NCBI GenBank assembly: GCA_963770835.1
Contig: CAVYRH010000026.1
Coordinates: 64,001 to 128,000, forward strand
Origin: an uncultured Pseudomonadota bacterium
GTDB taxonomy: Bacteria; Oederibacteriota; Muellerivitia; Muellerivitales; Muellerivitaceae
DNA length: 64,000 nt
Reading direction: 5' to 3'
The notes below the pieces were generated by a model. The model was not told where the DNA came from and searched no databases. It saw only the letters and a program-made list of their open reading frames with translations. Both the position numbers and the translations under genes were made by a program. Shown one piece after another: positions 28,476 through 37,271 of the stretch (positions within the stretch are counted from its first letter, which is position 1; every line of letters begins with the position of its first letter).

Positions 28476-31400
28476 ATGCCGGTTTCCCTCTATTTAGGCC
28501 CCTACCAGCCTTTCCTGGAAGACGAACTAGCCTCAGCGGTTAAAACCTTCCGTCAATCCGACCCTTTGTCGCCTTTGGTTGTCCTGGTTCCCAACCGGGC
28601 CCTGGTGCGCCACCTGGGCCAGGCCCTGGCCCGGGCCAACGGATCGGCCGTGAACGTCCGGGTGCTGACCCTGCACCAATACCTCCTCGAATTCACCGAA
28701 GAAAAATGGATCAAGGAAGAAACCCGGTTCTTGCCGGAGTCCATCGTTCCCTGGGTACTGCGCGAGAACACCAAAAAAATCCGGCCCAAGGGGGACGGGC
28801 CTTTCGCGGCGGTGGACAAGACACCCGGGTTCCCCAAGACCCTGCGGGCCACCCTTTCGGAACTGCGCCAAGGGGGGTTCACGGCCAAGGAACTCGCGGA
28901 ATCCGCCAAGGCCATCGGCAAAGCCCGCGACCGCAAGCGCCTGTCCGATAAATTGGCCGAATTCGCCGCTCTTTTGGACGAGAACCAGCAATGGAAAGCC
29001 AAGAACCGTTGGAAGGACCGGGAAGATCTCTATGAGGAAGCGTTGGCGCTTAAGCCCCCCGCCGCCCGGTTTTGGACCTATGGCTTCTATGACGCCTCGT
29101 CCCTCCAGAAGAAGGTCCTTCAGCATCTTTGCGGGAGCCAGGACTCCCAATGGTTCATTCCTTATGAAGGGGACCATCCGGCTTTTGAGTACGCGAAGCC
29201 ATTCGTGGAATGGGCGGGCAAGCTTGGGGAAGTGAAAAAAGAAGGAAAGTTTAAAAGCGGGAAGGGAACGGCGCTGGGAAGACTGCAGGACAACTTATTC
29301 AGGCCCGAAAATACCCCTCACCCTGCCCCTCTCCCGCAAGGGGCGAGGGAATCTAGTTCTCCTTCTCCCTCGAGGGGAGAAGGAAGGGATGAGGGTGACT
29401 TTGATTCTTCTGACGTAAAGATCCTGCTTTGCCCCGGTGAACCGCGGGAGATGCGGGAGGTGGTGCGGGCCGCCACCGAAGAGGCCGAAAGACGAAAGAC
29501 CCATTTTTCCAAATGTGGATTGATTCTTCGCCAATTCGAGACCTACCGGCGCATGATCGTCCCCGCCTTTGACGGCCAGGGCGTCCCCCTGGCCAAGAAG
29601 CCTCCGGTATTCCTGATGGAGACCCCGGAGGCCAAGGCCTTCCTGCTCCTGCTCGAATGTTTCCAGGCGGAGTTCCCCCGGGAAACGCTGATGGATTTCC
29701 TGGCCTGCCCAAACCTGGACCCCGGGGGGTTCGGGGTGGGGGAAGAGGATTGGAACCCCCACCTTTGGGACCAAGCCTCCAAGGAAGCGGGTGTTGTGGA
29801 GGGGGAGGGGGCTTGGATCGACCGCCTGAAAGAATACGAAAGGCCCAGGTCCGGCAAGAGCTCGTTCGAAGAGGAGGGGATTTCCACGGGAGAATCCATG
29901 TCCCTTTCCGCCTTCCGGGTGAAAGTGCTTCAAACGCTTTTCGACGCAAGGCACAGGTTCGACAAGGAAAAGAATTGGGTCGGGAAGACCGGAATCCTTT
30001 TCGACCTGGCCGAGATGCTTTTTATTAAGTCCGACGCGAAAGAAGAGTTGAAAACCCTGCGGCGGGGAGTGGAGATCCTATCCAAAGAATCCTTCAAGGT
30101 GGAAAATGATGAAATCAAAGCCCTTCTCTCCGGCCTGATGGAAGAGGTGAAGATTCCATGGAAGACGCCCGAGGCGGGCGGGGTCGAGGTGTCGGACCTC
30201 ATGCAGGCCCGGGGCGTGCCCTTCGACGTGCTGGTCCTGCCCGGCTTGGTGGAACAGGGTTTCCCCCGGGTACCCCGTCCCGACCCGCTGCTCTTGGATG
30301 AGGAAAGGCGCATCCTCAATGAACGCTTTTCCGGCAAGGCCAAGGTGCCGGAAAAGGCCGAGGGGCGGCTGGAAGAGAAACTGCTTTTCCTCCTCGCGGT
30401 GCGAAGCGCCCGGGAATGCGTCATCCTCACCGCGTCCCACCTGCATCCCGGCACGGGCGCCCCCCGGGTCCCTTCCAGTTATCTCCATGAAACCCTGCGG
30501 GCGGTCACGGGCGAGCGCCAGGCCCAGTGGGGCGGGGATTCCCCCTATGTCCGAAAGGTCGCGGTGTCCGATTGGGTGCGCGACGGGGGCGAGGTGCGCG
30601 TGGACGACCTGGAAGAAGTCTTGAGCCGTTTCCAGGAAGCCCGGGAGGGGAACCCCCTGCCCGCCCAAGCCTATGCCGCCCGGAAACCCTTCTTCGACGA
30701 GGCGCGCAAGATGCTCAAAGAGCGCCAGGGAACCCGCAAGTTCACGCCCTATGACGGGGTCTTCCAGGACGCCGCCGCCGTGGAAAAGCTGCGCCAGGAC
30801 CATTCCCTCAAGGCCAAGACCCTCTCGGCCTCGCGGCTGGAGACCTACGCCGCCTGCCCGCTGCGGTATTTCTACCGTTATGTGCTGGGGCTCAAGGTCC
30901 ATCCTGAACCGGAGCGGGTCTTCCAATTAGACCCGGCGGAAAAGGGCAATCTCATGCATTCGATATTGGAAGAGACCCTGGCCCGGGGCAAGAAGGACGG
31001 CTGGCTGAGGGACCGGGACGGCGAAAAGGCCGCTCGGGCCCTCGAGGAAGAGACCCAAAAGGCCTTCCAAAATTTCGAGAAAGAGGGGGTGACGGGTTCC
31101 CAGGCCCTCTGGCAATGGAGCCAATTCAGCCTGCGGAAGGACCTGCAACGGGCCCTGCGGAAGGTGCTGGCGGATAAGGATTGGACCCCGGTGGATTTCG
31201 AGAAGGCCTTCGGGCGCGAGGGCCAGCCCGAGGTAATTTTTGAGACCCCGGCAGGAACCTTCCGGCTGGAAGGCTTCATGGACCGGGTGGACCTTTCCCC
31301 GGACGGCAAACGGTTAAGGGTGCTGGATTACAAGTCGGGGAGCAAGACGGGTTTCGCCAATGACAGCGTGAAGGAAGGCACCAAAATACAGATGCCGCTT

Positions 31401-31715
31401 TACCTTTGGGCCTGCCGGACCCTTTATCCGGGAGTTGTTCCTGAGGAAGCGGTCTATGAGTTCCTTACCGCTAAAGGGGACTATGGGTCGGTTTATTTCG
31501 AAGCCACCGATTGGAAAAAGGTGGAAGAACCTTTGAAAGCACTCCTGACCACGGCGGCGGAAGCGGTGGACCAAGGTCTTTTCCCCGCGGCTGCCAAGGC
31601 TTGCGATAACTGCGATTACCGGATTTTGTGCGGACCAGGAGCGGAAAAGCGGGGTGCGCGGAAGAAGGAAGATATGAGAGTTGAGAATTATTTCAAGTTG
31701 GAGGAATTATCATGA
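28476..31715 (+). CDS. addB: AddB-like helicase/nuclease subunit
   Basis: Degenerate helicase N-part; SASRLETYAACP, GFMDRVD, VLDYKSG, QMPLY, CDNCDYRILC Fe-S nuclease; upstream of addA. Confidence 0.85.
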   Translation: MPVSLYLGPYQPFLEDELASAVKTFRQSDPLSPLVVLVPNRALVRHLGQALARANGSAVNVRVLTLHQYLLEFTEEKWIKEETRFLPESIVPWVLRENTKKIRPKGDGPFAAVDKTPGFPKTLRATLSELRQGGFTAKELAESAKAIGKARDRKRLSDKLAEFAALLDENQQWKAKNRWKDREDLYEEALALKPPAARFWTYGFYDASSLQKKVLQHLCGSQDSQWFIPYEGDHPAFEYAKPFVEWAGKLGEVKKEGKFKSGKGTALGRLQDNLFRPENTPHPAPLPQGARESSSPSPSRGEGRDEGDFDSSDVKILLCPGEPREMREVVRAATEEAERRKTHFSKCGLILRQFETYRRMIVPAFDGQGVPLAKKPPVFLMETPEAKAFLLLLECFQAEFPRETLMDFLACPNLDPGGFGVGEEDWNPHLWDQASKEAGVVEGEGAWIDRLKEYERPRSGKSSFEEEGISTGESMSLSAFRVKVLQTLFDARHRFDKEKNWVGKTGILFDLAEMLFIKSDAKEELKTLRRGVEILSKESFKVENDEIKALLSGLMEEVKIPWKTPEAGGVEVSDLMQARGVPFDVLVLPGLVEQGFPRVPRPDPLLLDEERRILNERFSGKAKVPEKAEGRLEEKLLFLLAVRSARECVILTASHLHPGTGAPRVPSSYLHETLRAVTGERQAQWGGDSPYVRKVAVSDWVRDGGEVRVDDLEEVLSRFQEAREGNPLPAQAYAARKPFFDEARKMLKERQGTRKFTPYDGVFQDAAAVEKLRQDHSLKAKTLSASRLETYAACPLRYFYRYVLGLKVHPEPERVFQLDPAEKGNLMHSILEETLARGKKDGWLRDRDGEKAARALEEETQKAFQNFEKEGVTGSQALWQWSQFSLRKDLQRALRKVLADKDWTPVDFEKAFGREGQPEVIFETPAGTFRLEGFMDRVDLSPDGKRLRVLDYKSGSKTGFANDSVKEGTKIQMPLYLWACRTLYPGVVPEEAVYEFLTAKGDYGSVYFEATDWKKVEEPLKALLTTAAEAVDQGLFPAAAKACDNCDYRILCGPGAEKRGARKKEDMRVENYFKLEELS
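29313..29398. repeat. In-frame palindromic repeat inside addB (encodes PHPAPLPQGARE..SPSRGEGRDEG)
   Basis: Same family as 1..97 and very similar to 35659..35744. Confidence 0.85.
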
Positions 31716-32523
31716 GACGAGTGGATAAAAAGTTTATTTTTCTTTATTTTTTTATCGGATTTTCTCCAATCCTTTTCGCGCAAAATGAGTCAAACCAAAA
31801 TCCTAATCCTCGGATACCAGAATTACATTCGGACAGTGACGGTGCAATAACACCCACAGCTGTGGAAACTCATCCATATGGAATAGGTATATCTTCAAAT
31901 CCAATTTGGAAAACTCGAAACGACGAAGAAATCGTAAGTAAATCCAATGAATTTCTTAAAAATCTGTTCGGCGATAAGTGGTTTGATCACTATTCCGTTT
32001 TCAGAATTAAAAAGAACAATATTCTTAGTCCTGATTATTTTAAAAATTCGAAGGAACATTTAAGCCATGCTTTCGTTGTATTTGTGGAATACAGCTTTTC
32101 CGGGCCAAAAAATTTAAAATCAATAAGTGACGATAAAATCATAAATGGCGTAAGACATGCATGGGTTGGTCCATGGATGATCTTTCATTTGGATTGTACG
32201 GAAGCAAATGATTCTGGAACTCTGAAGTTCGAATACGGTTCAAATATTGTTCCGCCCTATGATGTCGCTAAGTTGATATCGGCACAAACGCGACAGACAC
32301 TGCGAAAAAAGCCGGTTATGACGTTCAATTCAGCTCTTTAAGCTTAATAACTACCCCAAAGATGTTGGGAAAAATTTCATTACTTGTTCCCGGCTATTCC
32401 TCAGTCTTTAAAAATTCCGGTATGGTCGAAGTAAATGCGGAAGATTCATCGATTTTATACAGGGGTTTTCCAACGGGGGGACCGATATTAGTTCCTATTA
32501 CGAGTCAGTTCAAAAAGAAGTAA
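31712..32523 (+). pseudogene. AT-rich exported hypothetical protein, probably frameshifted near 32287
   Basis: ORF 31712..32341 has a signal peptide; adding one A in gcacaaacg gives ISAQNATDTAKKAGY..VEVNAEDSSIL (PepSY-like), open to TAA at 32523. Confidence 0.55.
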
Positions 32524-32546
32524 GGTCCAAGAAGAAGGAGTTCTTA

Positions 32547-32693
32547 TTGATCTTTGATCAACTAATACGGGACCGGGTCACCCACGACCATGAAACCCTT
32601 TTCGCGGTGGACGCGGGGGCGGGAACGGGGAAGACCACGCTCCTGGTTTCCCGGCTCATCGCGCTCTTGGTCGAAAACAGGATTGCGGCCTAA
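32547..32693 (+). pseudogene. Duplicated, truncated 5' end of addA (Walker A segment)
   Basis: RBS AAGGAG, TTG start; MIFDQLIRDRVTHDHETLFAVDAGAGTGKTTLLVSRLIALLVENRIAA* versus AddA MISDQSVRDHIIHEHETLFAVDAGAGTGKTTLLVSRLIALLLEK. Confidence 0.88.
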
Positions 32694-32740
32694 TGACTGT
32701 TCTTTTGAATCCGCTTGATTTTCATTGGTCGCTATGAGAA

Positions 32741-32763
32741 TATGACCATGATATATAGTCATA
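32741..32763. promoter_or_regulatory. Putative TA autoregulatory operator
   Basis: TATGACCAT-gatat-ATAGTCATA dyad directly before the antitoxin RBS. Confidence 0.6.
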
Positions 32764-32773
32764 AGGAGAAACC

Positions 32774-33001
32774 ATGAAAACCATCGCCGCCGGTGAATTT
32801 AAGGCCAAGTGCCTTTCCCTATTGGATGAGGTCAGCCGCGCCCATGAAACCATCGTGGTGACCAAACGGGGGATTCCCGTGGCAAAGGTGGCCCCGGTAC
32901 TTAAAGAAAAGGGCGGCCGCCATGCTTCCCTTCGCGGGAGCATTTTGGCAGAGAAAAACCTTATCCATCCGATCGGGGATAGCTGGGAAGCCGAGCAATG
33001 A
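32774..33001 (+). CDS. Phd/YefM family antitoxin
   Basis: IAAGEFKAKCLSLLDEV...IVVTKRGIPVAKV. Confidence 0.92.
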   Translation: MKTIAAGEFKAKCLSLLDEVSRAHETIVVTKRGIPVAKVAPVLKEKGGRHASLRGSILAEKNLIHPIGDSWEAEQ

Positions 33002-33384
33002 TTCTTTTGGATACCCATGCCTGGATTTGGTGGTGCACGGGTTCTTCCAAGATTTCCCCGAAGGCCTTAAAGGCCATTAAAGCCGAAGAAACGGTGGGGA
33101 TTTGCGCCATTAGCTGTTGGGAAGTCGGGATGCTGGTGGCGAAAAAGCGGTTGGTCTTGGACCGGGACGTGGAGGTATGGGTAGACCAGGCCTTGAAATT
33201 CCCCAAAGTCCAGTTGATCCCCCTGACACCCCGGGTTGCCGTGAAAAGCACCTTGCTGGGGGAAGGATTCCATGGGGACCCGGTTGATCGGATCTTGGTG
33301 GCCACCGCGGCGGACTATGGTTGTCCCCTCGTCAGCAAGGATGAGCGAATCCATCGTTTCAAGGGCATCAAGGTGATTTGGTAA
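32998..33384 (+). CDS. vapC: VapC family PIN-domain toxin
   Basis: ILLDTHAWIW, AISCWEV, HGDPVDRILVATA, LVSKD; ATGA overlap with the antitoxin. Confidence 0.92.
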   Translation: MILLDTHAWIWWCTGSSKISPKALKAIKAEETVGICAISCWEVGMLVAKKRLVLDRDVEVWVDQALKFPKVQLIPLTPRVAVKSTLLGEGFHGDPVDRILVATAADYGCPLVSKDERIHRFKGIKVIW

Positions 33385-33389
33385 AAGAT

Positions 33390-33539
33390 ATGCGGAACAC
33401 ACCTGAACCGAAAAAAGCGCCTGCGGCGGATCAAATCGTCGCTATGGAGGATAAACACCGACAAGGCTACCTTTCTCATCCCGCCACAAAAAAGGAATTT
33501 GGGGTTTGGGAAAAGGAACAGGCTTGGGGGGATGAGTGA
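33390..33539 (+). pseudogene. Remnant resembling the C-terminus of RHH/CopG (MazE-type) antitoxins
   Basis: 49-aa ORF ..MEDKHRQGYLSHP...EFGVWEKEQAWGDE*; no RHH N-terminus and no toxin downstream. Confidence 0.5.
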
Positions 33540-33558
33540 AGGTTAATAAGGCGATTTA

Positions 33559-36500
33559 ATGATCTCAGACCAGTCCGTTCGGGACCACATTATCCATGAA
33601 CATGAGACCCTCTTCGCGGTGGATGCGGGGGCGGGAACTGGTAAGACCACGCTCCTGGTTTCCCGGCTCATCGCGCTTCTCCTGGAAAAGCAGGCGCCCT
33701 TAAGCCGCATCGCGGCCATCACCTTCACCGAAAAGGCCGCGGCTGAATTGGCAGAGCGGCTCCGATCCAAGCTCGAAGAGGCTCTCAGTAAGCACCCCGA
33801 CCAAAAAGCCCTGATTCTCCAAGCCCTCGAAGATATGGAAAGAGCCCCCATTTCCACCATCCATTCCTTCTGCGCGGGGCTTTTGCGGGAATACCCGGTG
33901 GAAGCGGGAGTGGACCCCCAGTTCACCCTCCTCGACGAAGTGCAATCGGGGGCCTTCGAGGACCAGGCCTGGGACTATTGGCTCAAGAAGAACCTGGCCA
34001 AGCCCGTCGAACCCTTATTCCAGTTCCTTCGTTTGGGCGGCACCTTCGAGCATGTGGATGAACTCAAGCAGTTCCTGAAGCGCAACCGCACCCTTTTGGC
34101 CCTGTCATCCCCCAAACCCTTGCCTTCGGTCCAATCTTTTAAGTATCAATTCAGTTCCTTCGTGGCTTTGACGAAGAAGGAAGCCACCCAATGCGCCAAG
34201 CATGAGGATACCCTTTATGTGGCTCTTGAAGCCTTTTGGGCCCAGTGCACGGCTATCGAATCTTTAAATACACCCTCGCCCCTTGGCCGTGGTTTTGAGG
34301 GTACACAGGGGCTCTTCCCTGTGAAAGCTGTTGGGGAGATGGGTAGGGTGAGGGGTAAGCAGGAGAGTCACCCTCATCCCGACCTTCTCCCGTCAAGGGA
34401 GAAGGGGAAACCAATCGATGGTGACTCACTGTCTGAGGATATTGCCTTTGAGTTGGCGAACTTGAAGGTTCCCAAGGTCGGCAACAAGGGCGCCCAAGGC
34501 AATTGGGGGAAAGAGCGGTTGGCCGCCCTGCGGGAGGGGTTCGTGAAGCTGGCGGAGGACCATCAGACGGCATTTGCCTCCTTCAAAGAGGCCGCCGTCC
34601 TGAACCTGGTCCATTGGATCGGGGGATACCTGAAGGAATGGGAAAGCCAAAAGGCCCAGGGCGGCTTCCTCGATTTCGACGACCTACTCCTCAAGACCCG
34701 GGACCTTTTGCGGGACTATCCCGAAGCGCGGGAAGAGATGAAGCAACGGCTCGACTACCTCTTCGTGGACGAGTTCCAGGATACCGATCCCCTGCAAGTC
34801 GAGATTGTTTTCTTTCTCTCGGAGAAATTGGCCCCCCTACGCCATCCCACTACGCCCGATGGGCTTCGAGGGACAGGCGGCTTCGGGGGGCGGCCTCAAG
34901 TTATTGATTGGAAGAAGATTGAACTTGAGGCCGGCAAGCTTTTCCTGGTCGGCGATCCCAAGCAAAGCATCTACCGCTTCCGCCGCGCGGACGTCGCCAT
35001 CTATGAGGCGACGAAGGAACGCATCCTCGCCAACGGAGGCAGGGTCGAGGTTTTGGCCGAAAACTTCCGCACCGTAGGCGGTTTGGTGGAATGGGTCAAC
35101 GGCTGTTTTCCTACCCTCTTCGAGGGCACGGGCATCCACTATCACCCCTTGAACGCGAGCCGGGAGAAAGGAAAGACCGAGGGTACATTGCCCATCCTTT
35201 GGGGCTTGAGCATCCAGGCGTCCAAGGAAGAAAAACCGGGCAAGGCCCTCCTTCGGCAGCTCGAGGCCGAAGGGGTGGCGACCTTCCTGAAAGAGCAAGT
35301 GTTGGGCGGCGGGTTCACGGTTTCGGACCCCAAGACCCACGAAAGGCGGCCGGTCAAGAAGGGCGACATCGCCATCCTTTTCCGGGACCTCTCCAACGAC
35401 AACGAGGAATTCTGGGAGGAAGCCCTCCGTAAACGGGACCTTTCCTACCAGATCGTGGGGGGAAAGAGGTTCTACAACCGCCCCGAGATCGTGGCCCTTT
35501 CCACCCTCTTGACCTGCCTTTCCTCGCCCGCCGACGAGGCGGGCTGTGTTGCCGTCCTCCGAGGGCCTTTGTTCGGTTTCAGCGACGAGGAACTGTTCCT
35601 TCACCATGCCGGCGGCGGGAACTTTCAATTCTTAAATCCCTCAAATTCCGGCAAAGACACCCCTCACCCTGACCCTCTCCCTCAAGGGGCGAGGGTAGCT
35701 AGTTCCCCTTCTCCCTTGAGGGGAGAAGGACGGGATGAGGGTGATTCAAAGGATTCTCCTCAAAGATATAGAGAAAAAATAAAGTTGGCATTCTCCTATC
35801 TTAGGGAATGGCATCAAGCCACCCGAACCTTAGGGGTGTCGGATACTCTCGCGAAACTCTATGAAAGCACCAACCTGCTCGCCGTGACGGCGGGCCAGCC
35901 CCATGGGGAACAGCGGGTGGCGAACCTGATGAAGGTGCTCGACCAGGCACGGGACCTGGAGACCTCCCAACATTTCACCTACCGGGCCTTCACCCATTGG
36001 CTGACGACCCAACAAGAGGAAGGGACCATGGAGGGTGAGGCCCCCGGGCCCGATTCCTCCGAGGACCGCACCGGTGTCTTTAATGACACCGGCACCGTCA
36101 AATCCAGCGCCTCGGCTGGTAGCCTCGGCGCAGACCGCATCACCCTCATGACCATCCACAAGGCCAAAGGGCTCGAATTCCCAATCGTATTTGTGTCGGG
36201 CCTGGCCGCCGACCCCAAGGACTCGGGGAGCCTGGTGGACCGCAAACATTCGATAGGGGCTTTCAAAGTGGGGAAGGCGGACCTGGGTCTAAGGACCCTG
36301 AACTACGAGGCCGTGCGGGATGAGGAGGAGGTCCAACGCAAGGCCGAGGACACCCGCCTGCTTTACGTGGCGGCCACCCGGGCCCGGGATTGCCTTCTTT
36401 TGCCGCATTTCCAATTCTCACCCGAAAGCAAGACCCAGAATGAGAGCCTTTTCGCTGGGCCGCTGCTGAAGGCCCTGGAGGAAAACAGCGCGCTGGTGCT

Positions 36501-37266
36501 ATCTGCGCCGAGGCCACCAGCCGAGGCGCAAGATTTGACGGCACGGGCGTCCTTACAGACGCCGGTGCATTGGGTCGAGCCGAAGGAAGATGCCGAACCC
36601 TTGGGCGACCCCCCGGCCTGGGTGGTGCCCTTGGACGAAAAACCGGGAGTGGCTTTGGAAGTTGAGAAGGAAAAGCTCAAGAACGAGCAGGAAGCCCGTA
36701 AGAAAAAACTCGAAACCTTACGCAGCGAGAAGGATTTCAAATCCGTCACATCGGTCCTGAGTGTGGACGCGGATAAAAAGGAGCGGGAAGAACGGGTCTT
36801 TGATGAACCGGAAGCGGTCTCACCCTGGGGTGGGAAGGACCTGGGTTCCTTCGCCCATCTTTTATTGGAAAAGGGCTGGGATTGGGATAGTGCTACTTTG
36901 AAAAAAGCAGCTTCGTTCTACGCGGAGAAGATGGGGATTCCCGGGGAACAAGCGGACATGGCCGTGGGATGGGTGGAGAAAGCTCTCGGAAGCGCACTCA
37001 TTAAAAGAGCCAAAGATTCCAAAAAGGCTTATCGGGAATTACCCATCACCGGAAAGCGGAAGGATGGAACCTACTTGAACGCGGTCATCGACCTGGCTTT
37101 CTTCGAAAACGATGAGTGGGTTATTGTGGATTACAAGAGCGACCAAGACCCCAAGAAACTCGAGGAAAAATACAAAGAGCAATTGGGCTATTACAGGGAA
37201 ATGTTGGAGACCCTGACCCAAAAGAAGGTCAAAGAAACCAAATTATTGTTCCTCCGAAAACTTTGA
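33559..37266 (+). CDS. addA: AddA-like UvrD helicase/nuclease subunit
   Basis: AGAGTGKT, ITFTEKAA, STIHSFC, VDEFQDT, VGDPKQSIYRFR, MTIHKAKGLEF, LLYVAATRA, VIDL...IVDYKSD. Confidence 0.92.
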   Translation: MISDQSVRDHIIHEHETLFAVDAGAGTGKTTLLVSRLIALLLEKQAPLSRIAAITFTEKAAAELAERLRSKLEEALSKHPDQKALILQALEDMERAPISTIHSFCAGLLREYPVEAGVDPQFTLLDEVQSGAFEDQAWDYWLKKNLAKPVEPLFQFLRLGGTFEHVDELKQFLKRNRTLLALSSPKPLPSVQSFKYQFSSFVALTKKEATQCAKHEDTLYVALEAFWAQCTAIESLNTPSPLGRGFEGTQGLFPVKAVGEMGRVRGKQESHPHPDLLPSREKGKPIDGDSLSEDIAFELANLKVPKVGNKGAQGNWGKERLAALREGFVKLAEDHQTAFASFKEAAVLNLVHWIGGYLKEWESQKAQGGFLDFDDLLLKTRDLLRDYPEAREEMKQRLDYLFVDEFQDTDPLQVEIVFFLSEKLAPLRHPTTPDGLRGTGGFGGRPQVIDWKKIELEAGKLFLVGDPKQSIYRFRRADVAIYEATKERILANGGRVEVLAENFRTVGGLVEWVNGCFPTLFEGTGIHYHPLNASREKGKTEGTLPILWGLSIQASKEEKPGKALLRQLEAEGVATFLKEQVLGGGFTVSDPKTHERRPVKKGDIAILFRDLSNDNEEFWEEALRKRDLSYQIVGGKRFYNRPEIVALSTLLTCLSSPADEAGCVAVLRGPLFGFSDEELFLHHAGGGNFQFLNPSNSGKDTPHPDPLPQGARVASSPSPLRGEGRDEGDSKDSPQRYREKIKLAFSYLREWHQATRTLGVSDTLAKLYESTNLLAVTAGQPHGEQRVANLMKVLDQARDLETSQHFTYRAFTHWLTTQQEEGTMEGEAPGPDSSEDRTGVFNDTGTVKSSASAGSLGADRITLMTIHKAKGLEFPIVFVSGLAADPKDSGSLVDRKHSIGAFKVGKADLGLRTLNYEAVRDEEEVQRKAEDTRLLYVAATRARDCLLLPHFQFSPESKTQNESLFAGPLLKALEENSALVLSAPRPPAEAQDLTARASLQTPVHWVEPKEDAEPLGDPPAWVVPLDEKPGVALEVEKEKLKNEQEARKKKLETLRSEKDFKSVTSVLSVDADKKEREERVFDEPEAVSPWGGKDLGSFAHLLLEKGWDWDSATLKKAASFYAEKMGIPGEQADMAVGWVEKALGSALIKRAKDSKKAYRELPITGKRKDGTYLNAVIDLAFFENDEWVIVDYKSDQDPKKLEEKYKEQLGYYREMLETLTQKKVKETKLLFLRKL
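34273..34408. repeat. In-frame palindromic repeat inside addA, arms in reversed order, with a nested hairpin
   Basis: ccctcgcccctt[..cacaggg-gctctt-ccctgtg..]gggagatgggtagggtgagggg..tcaccctcatcccgaccttctcccgtcaagggagaagggg. Confidence 0.75.
34831..34891. repeat. Nested CTACGC..GCTTCG palindrome, in frame inside addA
   Basis: gccccc-ctacgcc[atccca-ctacgcccgatgggcttcg-agggacaggc]ggcttcg-gggggc; encodes APLRHPTTPDGLRGTGGFGG. Confidence 0.65.
35659..35744. repeat. In-frame palindromic repeat inside addA (encodes PHPDPLPQGARV..SPLRGEGRDEG)
   Basis: Very similar to 29313..29398, including the ctagttc spacer. Confidence 0.85.
36071..36134. repeat. ccggtgtc/gacaccgg palindrome plus REP-like unit, in frame in addA
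   Basis: ccggtgtc-tttaat-gacaccgg, then ccgtcaaatccagcgcctcggctggtagcctcggcgcaga. Confidence 0.7.
36502..36541. repeat. Inverted copy of the 36095..36134 REP-like unit, in frame in addA
   Basis: Reverse complement matches 36095..36134 at 37 of 40 positions (manual alignment). Confidence 0.8.
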
Positions 37267-37271
37267 CCCAC

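Noticed and set aside
31712..33558. Integron or IS-bounded island
   Set aside because: No integrase, transposase, attC-like sites or terminal inverted repeats recognised
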